DNA of 64,000 nucleotides, from positions 1 to 64,000 of the forward strand of contig ADNK01003173.1 in assembly GCA_000320545.1 (NCBI GenBank), given 5' to 3'. Positions 1 to 15,272 of this stretch are shown here, in pieces (the stretch's first letter is position 1; every line of letters starts with the position of its first letter). Under the pieces are notes generated by a model. It saw nothing but the letters and a program-made list of their open reading frames with translations. It did not search any database and had not been told where the DNA came from. This DNA comes from Bigelowiella natans CCMP2755 (lineage: Eukaryota > Protista > Cercozoa). Made by a program: the position numbers and the translations under genes.

Positions 1-846
1 TTCCTCCGTCTCGTTCCCATAGTGCTTGTGGCCGACCCTTTCACAGGGGAACGAGGGGAGGACGAGGGGAAGGGGGAGTAACTATGAAATTCGATTCGAT
101 ATAATATTAAATATATACGTGCATATTAATTATGTATGGTGTATAAAAACGAGAAGGCCGCTACAGATTCTCTTCTTCTTCTTCTTCTTCTCATTCTTCT
201 TCTTCTTCTCCATCATTACCATCATCACCATCATCATCATCATCATCATCATCCTCGTCATCATCGTTCTCCCCAGAGCACACAGACAGGCGCAAGATGT
301 AGCTTGCACACATCCGTGTATACTGCTTATGAAATCCCCGGCAGCGGAGCTCCCCGCGACACCAAGCAAAACGTATACCTCAGCAGGTCGCCAGTTCGGA
401 ACCACTTGTCCCCTGTCGAGCGATTACAACGACGACGACCAACGTGAATCACAACGATGATGATGACGATGAGAACGAAGATGATGATGATAATGATGAT
501 GATGATGATGATGATGATTGGTGATGATGATGATGATGATTGGTGATGGTGGTGGTGATGAGCACGACGTCAGTACCGCTCACAAGGGGGGAAACAAGTG
601 AGAAAGATACTTGCCTTGTGACTCCAAGATCATCGGCAGCATGCACGAATACAACAGCAATCATATACTTCTCCCGTGCATTTGTTATCATCACTCGCCC
701 TCATGTGAAAGGGTCGGCCACAAGCACTATGGGAACGAGACGGAGGAAAGGGGGATGCAGGCAGGGGTGCTGGGCGGCTGCTACCTGGTGCGAACACATC
801 CAAAAGAATCTTCCTAGATGTAGCTGAGGTGTCCACGTACCTAATT

Positions 847-883
<37 letters not shown>

Positions 884-1277
884 GTCCTCATTATCGTCAT
901 TTCTCATCATCCTTTTCGTTGTAGTACCCTCCCATCAGCACCATCCATCAGCACCAGCATACCTACTACCGCTGCTATGGATATGCCCACACAAACACCG
1001 CACAGACCATTCGTCCGGATTCCGCCCCCCCCCCCCCCCTAACGCATATGTTGCTCTTCCGCAATGCGCGGCGCTACCGACCCGTCGAATCTCCTATCAA
1101 TGGAAGCTGACACGTCGTTCCTGATACGGCTGATAAGCTCTCCAACCTATGCACAAGAAGAAGAAGAAGAAGAAGAAGAAGAAGAAGAAGAAGGAAATGG
1201 AGAAGGGAAACAGCAAAAACAAACACACAGAGTGAGTGTACACACCCGAAGATGGGGAATTTGCCCGTTTGCTGTGC

Positions 1278-1313
<36 letters not shown>

Positions 1314-1490
1314 AGGGGGGGGGGGGAGGCTGGTTGCTTGATCTTATAGCCGCTCACTACATAGGAATCACCTCTCCATCTTTGCATACCACGCAAGGAC
1401 GGAAGATGGTAGATCTGAAGTCGAAATAGCAGCAGCAAAAGCAGCAGATATATGTGAGTATACATATAAGAATATTATATAAATTACATA

Positions 1491-1524
<34 letters not shown>

Positions 1525-2539
1525 TATATACATATATAGGCGAACAACACAAGCCAAAGCCACGAAGACGCATACACATACACGGAATAATATTGTATTC
1601 TCGACGTGTGCCCCTATCAAATGCATGAATTCCCACACCCTCCCCCCCCTCTCCTTGTGTTCTATCCTTATCCTCACCTCTGCGAACGCTTTGAGCGCCC
1701 CTCGCCGCCCCCACCCCCCCTCCCTCCTGATGCAGTATTCCCTATGAGCTGCTCCTCCCCGCGCCTTGGGACGGCTGTCACAGGGTCAACTTCGATAAGC
1801 TTGAGAGGATAATCAACGAATGGGATGTAGTCCGCAACCCCAGGAACATACCCAACAGCACCAACCTTGTGAAGGGGAAAAAAAAGAGGGGGGGGGGGGG
1901 GGGGATAGAAAGCAAGAAGCAAAAAGAAGCAGCAGCGAAAAGCAATAATCGTGAGTGCAGGCCACAATGATGGTATTATTGGCATTGAGCGATGATAACG
2001 ACAGCAGAGAGGAGTTGATGATGTGGAAGGAGGGTGACATAAGGCGCCCTCACTGCTACCTTGCTCTGGTTGTTGATAAGCACGGCATTTCCCTCTGTCG
2101 CGGCGTAGAATTCACCGATGTAAGGGATCCCAAATCTAGAAGAGGAGAGGTGGAGGGGGGGGGATGGGATGTTACTAGTCCGACATAAGAGGTAAGAGAG
2201 AGACGGACGCTATTCCAGGCCACTAGCAATCCATTGCTTGCTACTACTATCACGGAAGAAGCTGTTTTTAAGTGAAAAGCACCTCCTTTGGAACTTGGTC
2301 CACGTTTCGATCCGCATGCCGTTTCCGACGGCCTGTGAGTGTTACCGCGGTGCGCCATGGACATTGACAATGAGCGTTTGTGAAAAGTTCGGTGCGGGGA
2401 GTAGCTGCTTCGTGCAGGTGTTTTATCGACGTGACATGGTCATCACCCACCTTCTTGACGTTGTGAGCGCGGTCGTGCTGGCTTGGCTTCGATGCAACGA
2501 GATACCTATAACACACACACACACACACACACACGCACG

Positions 2540-2578
<39 letters not shown>

Positions 2579-3009
2579 CACACACTCAGAAGCACTCGCG
2601 CTGTTTGTCATCATCGTCGTCGTCATCATGCTGTAACAAAGCCAGCGGAAAGCAAAGCACACAGACTGAGAATATTGGCCACAACCTGCATATTTGGCCG
2701 ATGTACTGAATCACAGTAGCTCTTGTGGAACAACACTCGGAGAAGAATCTTTACGATTAGGAGGAGGAAGAAGGGGGGGGGGGGAGAGGGGGGAGAGGAG
2801 GAGGACGGTTCATTATTTTAGATCAAACACACACACACACACACACACAAGCAGCAGCATCATGAATACACCATTTCCCCCCCTTCGATCTCTTCAGTCG
2901 CTCAATCATGCTGTCTTACTTTGACGCGGAAAACTTCCTGGAGAGGATGAGCGTGGCGCCCGCATACCAGCTCATCGACACCCCAATCATGCCCTGGTTG
3001 ATAAATATC

Positions 3010-3044
<35 letters not shown>

Positions 3045-3709
3045 AATATATCAACAAACTGGTATGCTGCTAGGATCACAGTGCTTATGAAGCCTTCACG
3101 CCACCGGAAAGAGCAAAACACAGCGAATTGGCATCAATAATTAAAAAAATGTAGCAGCAGCAGCAGGAGGAGGAGTAAGCTGTCGGTCACGTCCAGGAAC
3201 ATAAAGCTTGGCCGTATAGTAGGAAAATGGAAGGAAACGCATAAAACAACGATTCTCAATCTCTCACCCCGGCCGAGTGGTACAGAGGCAATGCGCAGTA
3301 GATCCGGTCGCTATCGAGAGCCGATCCAATCCCGCGACGTGGTAAATAGTCCAGAATTTCGTTTTTTAAGGAACGGGGAAAATGTGGTCAGGCACGCGTG
3401 TCGGTAACATTGGCGCAAAGTACGATTCTTTGCACTTCTACCTCTCGCGAGAAGAAAACATGGACGAGTTCTCCCCTCCGCGACAAGGCCGATCGATGAC
3501 CAACGCCCTGTCGCAGAAGGAGCAGTCTCGTCTCCCATTGCACAAACACCACCACTCTCTATCTACTTCGCTTGTAATCGCGCTTCTTCTTCTTCCGCTG
3601 CTAATACTTGGATCTGATGCCGTTGAATGTGGAGAACGCCACGCCTGCAGAAGGGGGGGGGGGGGGGGGGGTAGAGTGTGAGACGTCGTTGTCAATGTGG
3701 AGATTAAGC

Positions 3710-3751
<42 letters not shown>

Positions 3752-4947
3752 GCATGTGTGCCTTTGTGTGCCTTTGAGTGCACGCGCGCGTGTGTGTGTG
3801 TGTGTGTGTGTGTGCGTGTGCATGATCGTCCGATCAGAAATGATAATCTGGCGTGTGGGCTGGACCCGTAGAACGAAAATCTAGGTGTTTCTTCCGGCAG
3901 CATTTGAGAAGTATTATGAGCGAAAAGAGTATAGTCGTGGTTTGTAGTAGTAGGATCAGTAGTAGGAATCAGTAGTAGGTAGTAGGTAGTAGTAGAAATA
4001 GTATTAGTAGTAGTAGTAGTAGGATCAGCGAGTGTGATGGTGGAGAGGCACCTGCGGCGAAGAAGCGCGCATGAGTTATCTTAGCTGCCTGGAGTAAATA
4101 TTTAAAGTTCAGCGTTCTCTATCCCTGCGTCATCGTAATCGCCATCGCCCCGCACAGCACCATCATCATCATCGTCATCAGCAGCATCATCATCATCATC
4201 ACCATCACCATCACCATCATCATCATCATCATCGTTGTCGTCATCTCCAGGCCGTTATCACCTTTGGAAGCCCTGTTGTGCCGCTTGTGAAGATATAGAA
4301 TAGCACTGAAGTCGGGGAGGAAGATGGTGATGATGATGAGGAGGAGGAGGAGCGATACCCCCCCCTCCCTTCCGTTGGGAGCTCAGATTCGAGTGGAATA
4401 GCACTGCTTGCTGCCGTCAAGGTGCTGGTGATGAATGAGGCCCTTCTCCCCCCCCCCCCTATACCGCGGTCTGTTAGTAAGAGGATGATAATTATCAATT
4501 CCTTATGCTATGAAGTGTGCTTATGGATAGAAACCATCCTTCGATTTGCACGACGACCAATTACAACGCCCAGCCCCCTCTCCCCCCCCTTGCGCAATAT
4601 CATCAACAATATTTCTATCATTTACCCTGCTTGCTCTCCCCACGCTTGCTGTCCATCATCGCTGCCGCCTTCTTCGAGGGAGAAGAGGAGGGGGGGGAGG
4701 AAGATGAAGATATATGTATCGATGATAGTCCAGGATCAAGCGCCTCGATTCCTCCTCCTCCCCCTGCTGCTGTTGTAGCGGATGGTGATAATGACAACGA
4801 CGGCGATTCCGCCGCCGCGACTTCGAAGCATGGGATGCAAAGCTTAGTGCACATCTCTATAACACTGCCCGTGAAGCAAGACTCCGAAATCACTGCCTAA
4901 TTTGCGTTGGAATTCAGTTAAATTATATATGTACATATATGTGTAGG

Positions 4948-4978
<31 letters not shown>

Positions 4979-6077
4979 ATAAAATACGTCTAGTTCCCTT
5001 CAAGACCGACCTTAGGCGTCGTTGTTGCGATGCAGTGGTGGAGAGAGCGTCCTCTTAGATTGACGTTGAGCAGGGCTCCGATGACACCCACCTTCGACAG
5101 GCCAAGCCATACGCCGATGAACTCAGGGCGATTTCTTTCCACAACAATAACAACAATAACGACGACGACGACAGGTTGGCAGGTTGAACGACCCAAAGAC
5201 GGGTTTATGCACAAATACACACATGCGCGCACACACACCCACACACGCACGCACAGACCCCATCATGATCGCCACAACGTCCCCCTTCTTCATCTTCTTT
5301 CGCTGTAGCGCCCAAACAGCGACTCTGTTCGCATAATCGTCCAGATCGGAATACGACCATTCCCTACCTACCCGATAAATATAACGTGTATATTTATACA
5401 TGTAATTGAAAACTCACACGTTGCATGTGCCCACACTCCTGCATCTACCGTCGCATAACCGAATACGCTCTTTACATCATCGTTGCCGCCACCATCATCA
5501 TCACCATCATCAGCAGCAGCATCATCAGCAGCATCATCGCACTGAGAGTATCTCCCCCCATCCCAATCAACCTGCAAAAGACACCGCGCTGGCATGCGGG
5601 GAGGCAGCTACTCGTGCCTCAAATTCCTCTGGAACGCTTCTCCGATTCTTGACGAACCTGTTGGGCCACGTTTACAAAAGGGTGGAGGGTGTGGGGGGGG
5701 GAGGGGGTGGGAGGGGGAATGAGATATGGAGGGGTGATTACAACAATATATCATCGCAACCTTCGCATAGCTATGCGCGTCTTCAGCAAGCTGATTGCCA
5801 TGCCGACCCATCGAATTGGCTCGCTGCCTATGGGGAAGAAAAAGAGGGGGGCGGCGAAGAGGTAAAGAAGGCGGCTCTGACAGTCTTTGAGCCTCAGTCT
5901 ATTGACCGACGGAATGCCCGTCTCAAAGGGAGGAAGAGAGGATGAGGACCGTTTGTGCTCTTTCTCTCATCAAGCATGCAAAACTATGAAGGACAGCGAC
6001 GACGGCGTGGCGGTACCTAGAAACGCATAGGCAACAAGAACCCAGAAGGCCACGAACATCGCAATCACGAAGAACAT
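1..6077 (-). CDS. Fatty acid transport protein / very-long-chain acyl-CoA synthetase (SLC27/FATP family), multi-exon, 3' end runs off the window
   Basis: Exon peptides: N-terminal TM MFFVIAMFVAFWVLVAYAFL (ATG 6077), [42 protein letters not shown] (AMP-binding), IYCALPLYHS, QYIG, GNGMR, KVGAVGY, GDKWFRTGDLLR; microsatellite-filled introns. Confidence 0.88.
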
Positions 6078-6610
6078 GCTTGCGGGGATGGGCTTCCAAG
6101 GCTGCGACGGTGGAGCCTTAGATATTGAAGGCCGCCATCGTCATCGTCGTCATCGTCGTCATCATCGCGATGATCGGTACAGCACTGAACTGACGCGTCG
6201 CCTGGACTTCGTTCCGTTCCAACCACGAAGCCGACGAAATACTTTTCGGAACAATTTTATACGAAGTATATCCACCGCATCTCTCTTTTCCGAAGGCCTC
6301 ACAAATCCGCTTGAAGATCCGATTTCACCCACGATGAGTAAAATATTATACGATATTTCCGGTTCTGTAGACTTTCTAGAAATTTGTTTTCAATTTTTGG
6401 TGTCGCCAACGACACCTCTCCTCGCGCCAGCACGTGCCCCGCAAAAATAAATAAAATGATATGTTTTTGGACTTCTGGTACCCCTCTTGGGCAATTTCAT
6501 TAGCCGATCTTGGCTGCGAGACATGCAAAATTGCTATAACTCCAACGAGATTCGCCTCCAATTTAATTCGAAAGGTGATGTCGGACATCTCTAAAATCAA
6601 GCTACGGCAT

Positions 6611-6626
6611 TAGATCTAGATCTAGA
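6611..6626. promoter_or_regulatory. (TCTAGA)n palindromic motif in divergent promoter
   Basis: TAGATCTAGATCTAGA between the FATP and 4CL-like starts; a longer copy lies at 36054-36075 in another divergent spacer. Confidence 0.3.
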
Positions 6627-6745
6627 GTATTAGAGCTGATATTATATTGGGATGCGACAATCAAAATGCACTGTCGCATAGGAACATTTACCTGTATTTT
6701 TTTACTAGATTTTGGATAATTTAAACTGAAATATCTACGAACACG

Positions 6746-7713
6746 ATGGGGTCCGATGAGCGCTTCTCCTTCGCTGATGAGAAAGGCATCCTCAAGGGTC
6801 CTTACGCCAATATCGAACCAATAAAGGCCAGTTCGATCACAGAGTACTGCCTTAAGAACGTCGGCTCGTTTGGGAAGTCAGCATTCCTTGTAGATCCGAA
6901 AACGAAGCGCACTCTCACCTACGGTAGATCAAACCTCTTTTTTTTGTTACCTGTCGCCCTCCATGAATCCTTCTCTCCTCGTTTCATCGTTTTTTTCATG
7001 TTGCTTTTCAGAGGCTCTACCCAACGAAATACGCAAATTCGGGGCTGGTTTGGTCAGCTTGGGCTTAAAGAAGGGAGATGTTGTTTGTATGTTTTCGCCT
7101 AACAGCTTGGAGTGGGGAATCGTTTTCCACGGGGTTCTTTCTGTTGGGGGCATTTTGACCACGTGCAACCCTATTTACAAAGAGAAGGAGCTGAATCATC
7201 AGCTGGGCCATTCCGGAGCTAAAATTCTCATCGCTGCTCACGCGTTTTTGGACAAAGCTACAGAGGCAATGAAAGGGACGGCCGTCGAGACCTTGATCGT
7301 CATCGGCGGTGAGAAGGCCAGCGAAGGTGCCCTCTCCTTCGAGAAGGTAATGGATAACGACGGATCTAGGTTCCCAGATGACTTGAAAATCTCGCCGGAC
7401 GACGTGGCGATATTGCCCTACTCATCGGGGACCACAGGGCTGCCGAAGGGAGTCATGCTTACGCATGGGAACATCTGCGCGAATTTGGCTCAGGTGAGAG
7501 ACGCGTCCAGCGACATCCATCTACCCGACACCATTATCTTACGCTAGACCCTGGGTATGTCTCTGCCACGCCAGATCTAACCACAAATGTGTCCAATATG
7601 TGGTGGAAAGTAGATCGACCACGAGGAGCTTGTGAATCTCTCCCCGAAAGATACGCTTCTAGGGCTCCTTCCATTTTTCCACGTCTACGGAATGGTTGTC
7701 ATTCTTAATGCAG

Positions 7714-7744
<31 letters not shown>

Positions 7745-8601
7745 CAGCAGCAGCAGCAGCAGTAGCGGCAGTAAAATGAACATAGGCATGCGCGTTGATA
7801 GACAGCGGGAAGGAGGGAGGGATCGAGCGACTCGACGGTGTAGCTATCGATACGAAAAACACACCGGCTATTTATGAATCAAATCAGCACTCCGCAAAGG
7901 CTCGAAGGTAATTGTAATGTCCAAGTTCGAGCCTGGGGCCTTCCTTACGCTCATTCAGGCGTATAAAGTCACCCTTGCTCACGTTGTGCCTCCGATTGTC
8001 GTCTTCCTCGCAAAGCACCCCGTCGTCGCCAAGTTCGACCTTTCCTCCCTCAAGGAGGTGTTCTCCGGCGCCGCGCCGCTCGGTACCTTGATCAGACAGG
8101 CCTTCATGCTGTCTTCATGATTAACTGATTCGTTGCGATGGCGTGATGCTGCTGAAGAAAGTACTGTGACTTTGACGGTGCCCCTACTCGGGGAATGCTA
8201 TCGTTGCGAAATGTAGCATTGAACGTCATGTACAAAAGACCTTCACAGCTAATCTCTCCCTTGCCGACCCCCCCCCCCCCTTCCCCCCCTCTCGACTACT
8301 TAAAGGAAAGGAACTGACGGATGCGGTCGCTAGAAGATTAAAGCTAGAAAAGACGCGACAGGGTTGGGGAATGACTGAGTTGTCGCCTGTGGGCCTCGTA
8401 GTACCCAACAGCAGCAAGGTACTGTCTTCTACTATTACTACAGTAGCAATCTAGTCGGCAGTGTCTTCCAAGCTTGGAGACTATATTGTCAGATAAATGA
8501 TCGTCTATTCGTGCATATATGTGTGTATGAATGTGTTTCTCCCAGTCCGCACACGCCTCTCTTTCCCCGGTTTTCCATCATTTCCCCGGCAAAATAGCAA
8601 A

Positions 8602-8654
<53 letters not shown>

Positions 8655-9253
8655 CGCGTTGCTTGACGATGGGCGATGATACATGGGGCCAGGTGTACGG
8701 CAGCGCGGGCGTCCTCATTCGGAGCACGGAAGCGAAGCTTGTCGATGTCAAGACGCAGAGCGTGATCACATCGCCAGGGAAGGAGGGCGAGGTATGGATC
8801 CGGGGCCCTCAGGTCATGAAAGGCTACCTGAACAACGAAAAGGCCACAAAGCACACTATCGACGAGGATGGTTTTCTCCATACCGGAGACATCGCGGTGG
8901 TAGATAAAGACGGCAACTTCTTCATCGTGGACCGCCTCAAGGAGCTGATCAAGTACAAGGGCTATCAGGTCCCACCCGCGGAGCTGGAAGCGCTCCTCCT
9001 CGGCAACGCCAAGATCGCGGATGCAGCCGTCATCGGTGTCCCCGACGAGAAGGCCGACGAGCTCCCCAAGGCCTTCATCGTGAAGAAAGACGAGTCCCTC
9101 ACCGCCGACGACGTCATGGGCTACGTTGCGAAGCAGGTGGCGCCTTACAAGAAGATTCGTCTTGTGGAGTTCGTCGACCAGATTCCGAAGAGTGCCAGTG
9201 GAAAGATCCTGCGCCGGGTTCTCCGAGACCGAGAAAAGAGCAAGAAAAAATAG
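6746..9253 (+). CDS. 4-coumarate:CoA ligase / luciferase-like acyl-CoA synthetase (ANL superfamily), multi-exon
   Basis: [92 protein letters not shown]; GT-AG introns. Confidence 0.93.
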
Positions 9254-10292
9254 GCGTGTATCTAAAGATGTAAAAACACATAGTGATGGAAACGACATGT
9301 CACTTGCATTCATCGATGCAAATTCAGCCCCATTGATTTGCAAAAATACTAAATGTGCAGCCATGCGGCCTGAAGCATGCACTTTCTAGATTTGCATGTT
9401 CGCATTGGATCGCATCACATCATGTTGACAAATGAGCAAATGGTCGGTCCAGAGATAGAAGTGCATACATGCACACATGCTGTGAATGCACATTGAAAAA
9501 GATTCCACATGTGTGTGCATCGATAGACCGCGCACAAGTGCATGACTGATGCGCTAATATGAAAACAAAAACAGCACATACGCACACACGTGCTCCTACT
9601 AGCCTAGTGCTGCAGTCATGCGTCGTGTTTCTACGCAGGTCTAGTGGTGACACGTACGTACGTACACATGCGGTCGCAGTAGACTTGTGCAACAGTTGCT
9701 TGCACAAGTAGCTCACATGCACGGAGCAGTGTCGTCGCATCCTGCCTAGCTGCATCGCTCGGCCGCTGCAAAGGGCGCGTGTCACACTGCACATGATGCA
9801 TGCACAACACAACACAACTTAAGCGCTGGGGCCGCTGCATTCTAGCACTGCAAATCTACATTAGTAGAATGATAATTGAAAATTTTTAAATATTCATTAC
9901 ATCCATGTACTATGACATGGTAAATATGTATAAAAATGAGGTATGCAAGACGATGTGCGGTATAGTATACAACACATTATTGCTTGGATGATGTTGGCAT
10001 TGAATTATACTCAAATTTGGCGACGATCTACTATCCTTCGATGTTGGTGTTATGATGTGTAAGAGCAGCCAGGCGGAAAACAGTCTCTTACTTCCCCCGA
10101 ATATGTTACACGTCAACTCCTAGTAGCACGGAAAGCAATATATCATAATCATAAAGCACTCTAAAAGCTCATATTTGACGTGTCGGCGTAGCCATCGGTA
10201 TCATCGATGATCGATGACATTCGTCATTCTCCTCCTATCATCATAGCCGATATACTCAATCGTCGTCATTACAATCCTAGTAATAAGGACTT

Positions 10293-10324
<32 letters not shown>

Positions 10325-10360
10325 CTCCTCCTCCTCCTCCTCTTTTTCTCTCTTCCTCCG

Positions 10361-10664
10361 CTATATCCTTCTACCTTTGAAGTGTTCCAAGCCACTCGTG
10401 ATACGCACCGATTCGATCTTGTCACCAACCTGGAAGGAGCAGTCGCACATATGAGGGTAGGGTGAGGCGCGAGATGTATAGATAAATGGATGCTGCTGCT
10501 GCTGCTGCTGCTGTTACTTTTTGCAGCAACTAGCATAGCATATTTATTGAGGAGTAGCGAAAGACCAAAATCGTCTTATAAAGTCGAACTTAAACGGTGT
10601 TGTCATATACCCGAAGCTCACGGAGCGCATCATTGTTCTTTGTCGTGTAGCCTAATCGATGATA

Positions 10665-10698
<34 letters not shown>

Positions 10699-11064
10699 GA
10701 TGATAAGGATGCGGATGGGGATGAGGACGACGGCGGTAGTAATGAAGGCAATCACGATACGAATGATGCGATGAGGACAAGTAGGTATTAATAATGATGT
10801 TAATGGATGTATTGCTCTTGAAGATGATGATGATCATCAGCTGCTGCTACAAAGATTAATTGCGAAGCTATACGTGTCGCCATCCACCTCCTACTCCCCC
10901 CCCTCTCACAACATAATATAAACTGCTATTCTCTCACCGAAAACAGCAAAGCGTCCATCAAGAACATTTGTTCCTGAGTAGTAGTTCGTTCGAGGTAGTG
11001 GAGGGGTGAGGAAGCGATGCGCAAACATACGTGCATCATCATCACATCATCATCATCATCTTCC

Positions 11065-11097
<33 letters not shown>

Positions 11098-11217
11098 CGA
11101 TCATAATGTTCACTACGCACCGCTTGGAGTCATGTCGTTGTCCTTGAGCAGCCAGAAGATCTAAAGGCGACAGTGATAAGACCAAAGCAAAGAGAGGAAG
11201 AACGCATCCGAGGAGGA

Positions 11218-11248
<31 letters not shown>

Positions 11249-12768
11249 AAGAAAAAGAAGATGATGAAGAATTCCGATGGAAATTGCGTTAAGGTAAAGC
11301 AGCGGTAGTTCGACATAAACACAAGCTATGGTGAGCAAAACCAATTGAAATCGTGCTTTTAACACTAATACCCTCAACTCTTACCCTCTCACCCCCCCCC
11401 CTTCATCTCCTTCTTCCCTATCCGTCCGTACCTGCGTATCCGCGCTATTGGGATCGTCAATATTGCGCGACATGGCCAAGGTTCTGTGGTTGGTTGCAAA
11501 GCCATTACCATTGCATCTCATACTATACTCATATGCCCTCCCTTCTCCCCCCCCCCTCCCGCTTCTCATGCTTTTTTGCTTTCCTCACCCAAGCGCGTTG
11601 AACGGCAATGTCACAGGCTCATCGAATCTTGATACGCTCTCCAGGGTGTACTCGTAGCTGAGAAGAGAGGCAGAAGAGGATGGGGGGCGAGGGGGGGGAA
11701 GTGGATGGGAAAAGGAGAGAATGGCGGAAATCGATCATAAGGAGCGGTTGATGGTTCGCAAGTTGGTTTGGGGATAGCGGAGGCGAGATGCAACAAGCAA
11801 TGATGTCTCCTTTCCGATGGACGACGACGCAACAATCTTGTAACATCGCGTCGTTGTCATCGTCGTCGGCATCGTCGTTATAGAAGTGCTACTCTTGAAA
11901 TATTATCTTAATTTTTTATCGATCATCGACAGGTCGCAGCGGTCTCTTCTGTACATTGGAAGCTTCTGCGTCTCTACTTTGATCTCCAGAGGAATTTGCT
12001 CTGCAACTTTCTTCTTGGCCTAGTGAGGGAATCAGGACGGCGGCGGCGGCGATGTTGTGTTAACCCCGCGACAAAATGACAGTATAAAAGGGCACGCACG
12101 GTGTAAAAATCAGACCGAGAAAACATCGAAGATATTTCGAAAGGCGGCGGCCGAACCCAACCGTTTCACGTCTCCTCCCCCCCCCCCCCCCCCCCCCTCG
12201 CATATCCTTTACAGTTACTGTTTCCACGCACATCTCCTGTTTGAACGATGAAACCGTCGCTGCGTTGGATCTCCATGTCATCGTAGAAACCCTTCTTTGC
12301 CAAAGAGACAAAGCGTCCTATTTGAGCAGCAACAGCAGCATTATTCGCAGTTGTGAGTCTCCAACTCGGATCAAACAATCACCATTATCACATAACTTGT
12401 TTCCAGGAGAGGGGGGGGGGAGGAGGGGGGTCAGGAGGGGGGTCAGGAGGGTAAGGGAAGCTGGAAAATCAGCAACCTGCTGTGATAGGAGCGTTGTAGC
12501 CATCGATAGTCAACTCCATTGTGACGGTCTTGGGGCGTTCTCCTGGAGGCGTCGTCCTCACACGTACCTATGATGCGATATCTTGCATATATTTACTCAT
12601 TATCATTACTACTACTACTCCTCCTCCTCCTCCTCCTCATCCTCCTACTGCTGCTACCACTTCGTGGTGAGAACATGATGTTGAATAGCCTGATCATCGG
12701 CTGTTTCTTACGGATTAGACTGGTACGGGTTGTCATTTTGTATTATTACTACAGAAAACAACTCTATA

Positions 12769-12814
<46 letters not shown>

Positions 12815-13629
12815 GTATTATGTATATGTATACACGGAATATCTACTATATCTCTCCTGTTGCGACCTCAGCAGTCGCCCGTCCCAGGAGCCTCTCGTGC
12901 GAAGCATACTCCTTCTGTGAAAAAGAGCCCACAGTTTGTCGTAAGAACGCACAAAAACAACAAGAAGAAGAAGAAGAACAACAACATGATGATGTTCAAG
13001 AGAATAAATGTACGCTGATGACATATCGATGTATGGCCTTTTTCAAAGGGGGGATAATTTATCAGCATTTTTTCGTTTTCTTCTTCCTCTACTCTTCCTC
13101 CTCCTGCTCAACCCCCCCCCCCCCCCTTCCCTATATATACCGGGATCTCGAACGGAAACTTTTGCACGGAAGCGGTCTGTGTTGGGATGAAACCAATGTA
13201 TGGGAGTATATGCGTGGGTGTGTCAGTACAAAAAAAACGGGCAAATTAACACCAAAACCCTCATATCCGCAAAAACCTCCTCGGATCTCATGGAAATGTA
13301 TTCCATCCCCCCAGGGGGGAAGGATAAAGCTGCTATTTTTTGCCCTATCGTGTAACTACCTAAAATTTACGCTTTACGATGTTCGCTCTCCATTGTATTT
13401 GAAAAAAAATTTCCCGCTATCCCCCCCCCCCCCCCCCTTCCCCGGTCCTCTCTCTTCTTGCTATGCAACCTAACGTACTGTACCTTCATTTGGGACACCG
13501 AATGCAACGCATTTTGCTGCAAATGGTAGATCTTTTCCATACGGGAAGAGAAACACAAGCACGCAGAAACAGATACAAATATATAAGAATATATAATAAA
13601 TATGCGTGTAAGTATGTATTATATATAAT

Positions 13630-13682
<53 letters not shown>

Positions 13683-15237
13683 AATATCACCGCCGATCTT
13701 ACTCGTATCGTCTTCTCTAGCAGCAGATCAAACATAGGAACTACCTCCTCAACTGTAGCACCAGATTCGCTACCCCCATCCAACTTGCTTTTCAGCGCCT
13801 CAAGATGCTGCATGTAAGGGGGATTCGAGATCAAATATAAATATTAATATGTCAGGACTTTATCTAATATATGTGTATATGTGCATATATACACGTGTAT
13901 ACTAATATATTTTTAAAGCTATACATGCATCCGAAACGACGTGCTGTTAAGTACATGAAGGAAACAAGTGAATAATCCAGCCTGTGATGGAGTGTGTGGT
14001 TATTTCTTCTTAAGATATATTTGTTTATGATTCTTTCTGTTGTTGATAGATTCGCATTCGACCTGATCAAGACTGTTCATCGCATTCACCATCTTAGCCT
14101 TTCCATCTTTTGTGCGTATATGGTTTAGCGATTGCGCACCCAACCCCCCGCTACCCACCCTCATCATCCTTCGTAGTATCATCACCCCCAATCAAAGTAC
14201 CCCCTTCCCCCCTCTTTCTTTCACTTGTCTTCATTCTAACCATGCATCGTCATTCGCATTTTATCAAAAGGCCTCCCCTCCTCCCCCCTTCTTTTCCACC
14301 TACTTTCCGGGGGTAGCGTTACAAGATACTCCTGCTGTGAGTTTAGGATGCTGGCGGCCTCTCTCACCATCTCTCGGAGTTCTCCAGGAGAGCTGACTCT
14401 GAGAACAATGAATAAGGACGACGCCGGGGCTTATCAGTGGTGTGCACGTAAGTACACGTATGCATACGAAAATCGCGATTGCATGTGCATGCATGCAGGC
14501 ATGTATGCGTATGGCCCTTTCAATACGCAAATGCCAATACTGTGTAGTAACAACACTAATACTATCGTTTGTTGTTCGTACTTGCGGTCTTGGCGCATTT
14601 CTATTCCCGTCGTACCTAAGTGAGATTTATACGAGAACTCAAAAAAAAAACAAAAAAAAGGCCATTTCGCGACATTGTCTCAAGCCGCTGTCATGGAAAA
14701 CAATCGCCACTGATTTTTCAGTTTAGCTTACACGATTTCTTCATGATATTATCAACAGCAGCAGGCAACTGCACCACCGCTACTGTCACAACCTATCATG
14801 GTGTTGCTGTCTCTGCCTTGCCTGGAGCTCCATCCCCCTAGTCCCTTTTCATCATAAAGAGTGAAAACGACCACCACAAAACCATGAAAAGGGAGAGAGA
14901 GAGAGAGAAGGGGGGAGGGCGGGCTGAATAAAGCTATGAGGTGCGGCAGCGGCAGCTAGGTGTAGAGAATTGGAAAGCTTTGATATCGTTTTGATATAGA
15001 AGCGTGGGAGAAGCCTGTTGTGGGTAGTAGTTCTCTTACCTTTTGCATCGAAAAAAGCTTTGATTGGAGACTGTCCAGTACCGGGTCTTTGACCGGAATA
15101 GCTCTTCGCAGAATCTCGTGCGGATCGCTTATTGGTTCGCTCAGCAACGAAACCTCGGAGCGTGACTTTCCCCTCGAAATCTATTCCCGATTTCACACAT
15201 CAAAGCAGCAGTCGTCGCAACCTTTCTCTTACTTGCG

Positions 15238-15272
<35 letters not shown>

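Noticed and set aside
26-6450. Many short ORFs with poly-H/D/M/I, YIYI and CVCV runs here and throughout the window
   Set aside because: They are translations of intronic microsatellites
8489-9382. Long antisense ORFs opposite 4CL, ABCG and the amino-acid transporter
   Set aside because: Shadow ORFs from GC3-rich codon usage of the real genes
10201-11846. A separate gene downstream of CYP38
   Set aside because: The exon fragments there are the C-terminal cyclophilin exons of the same CYP38-like gene
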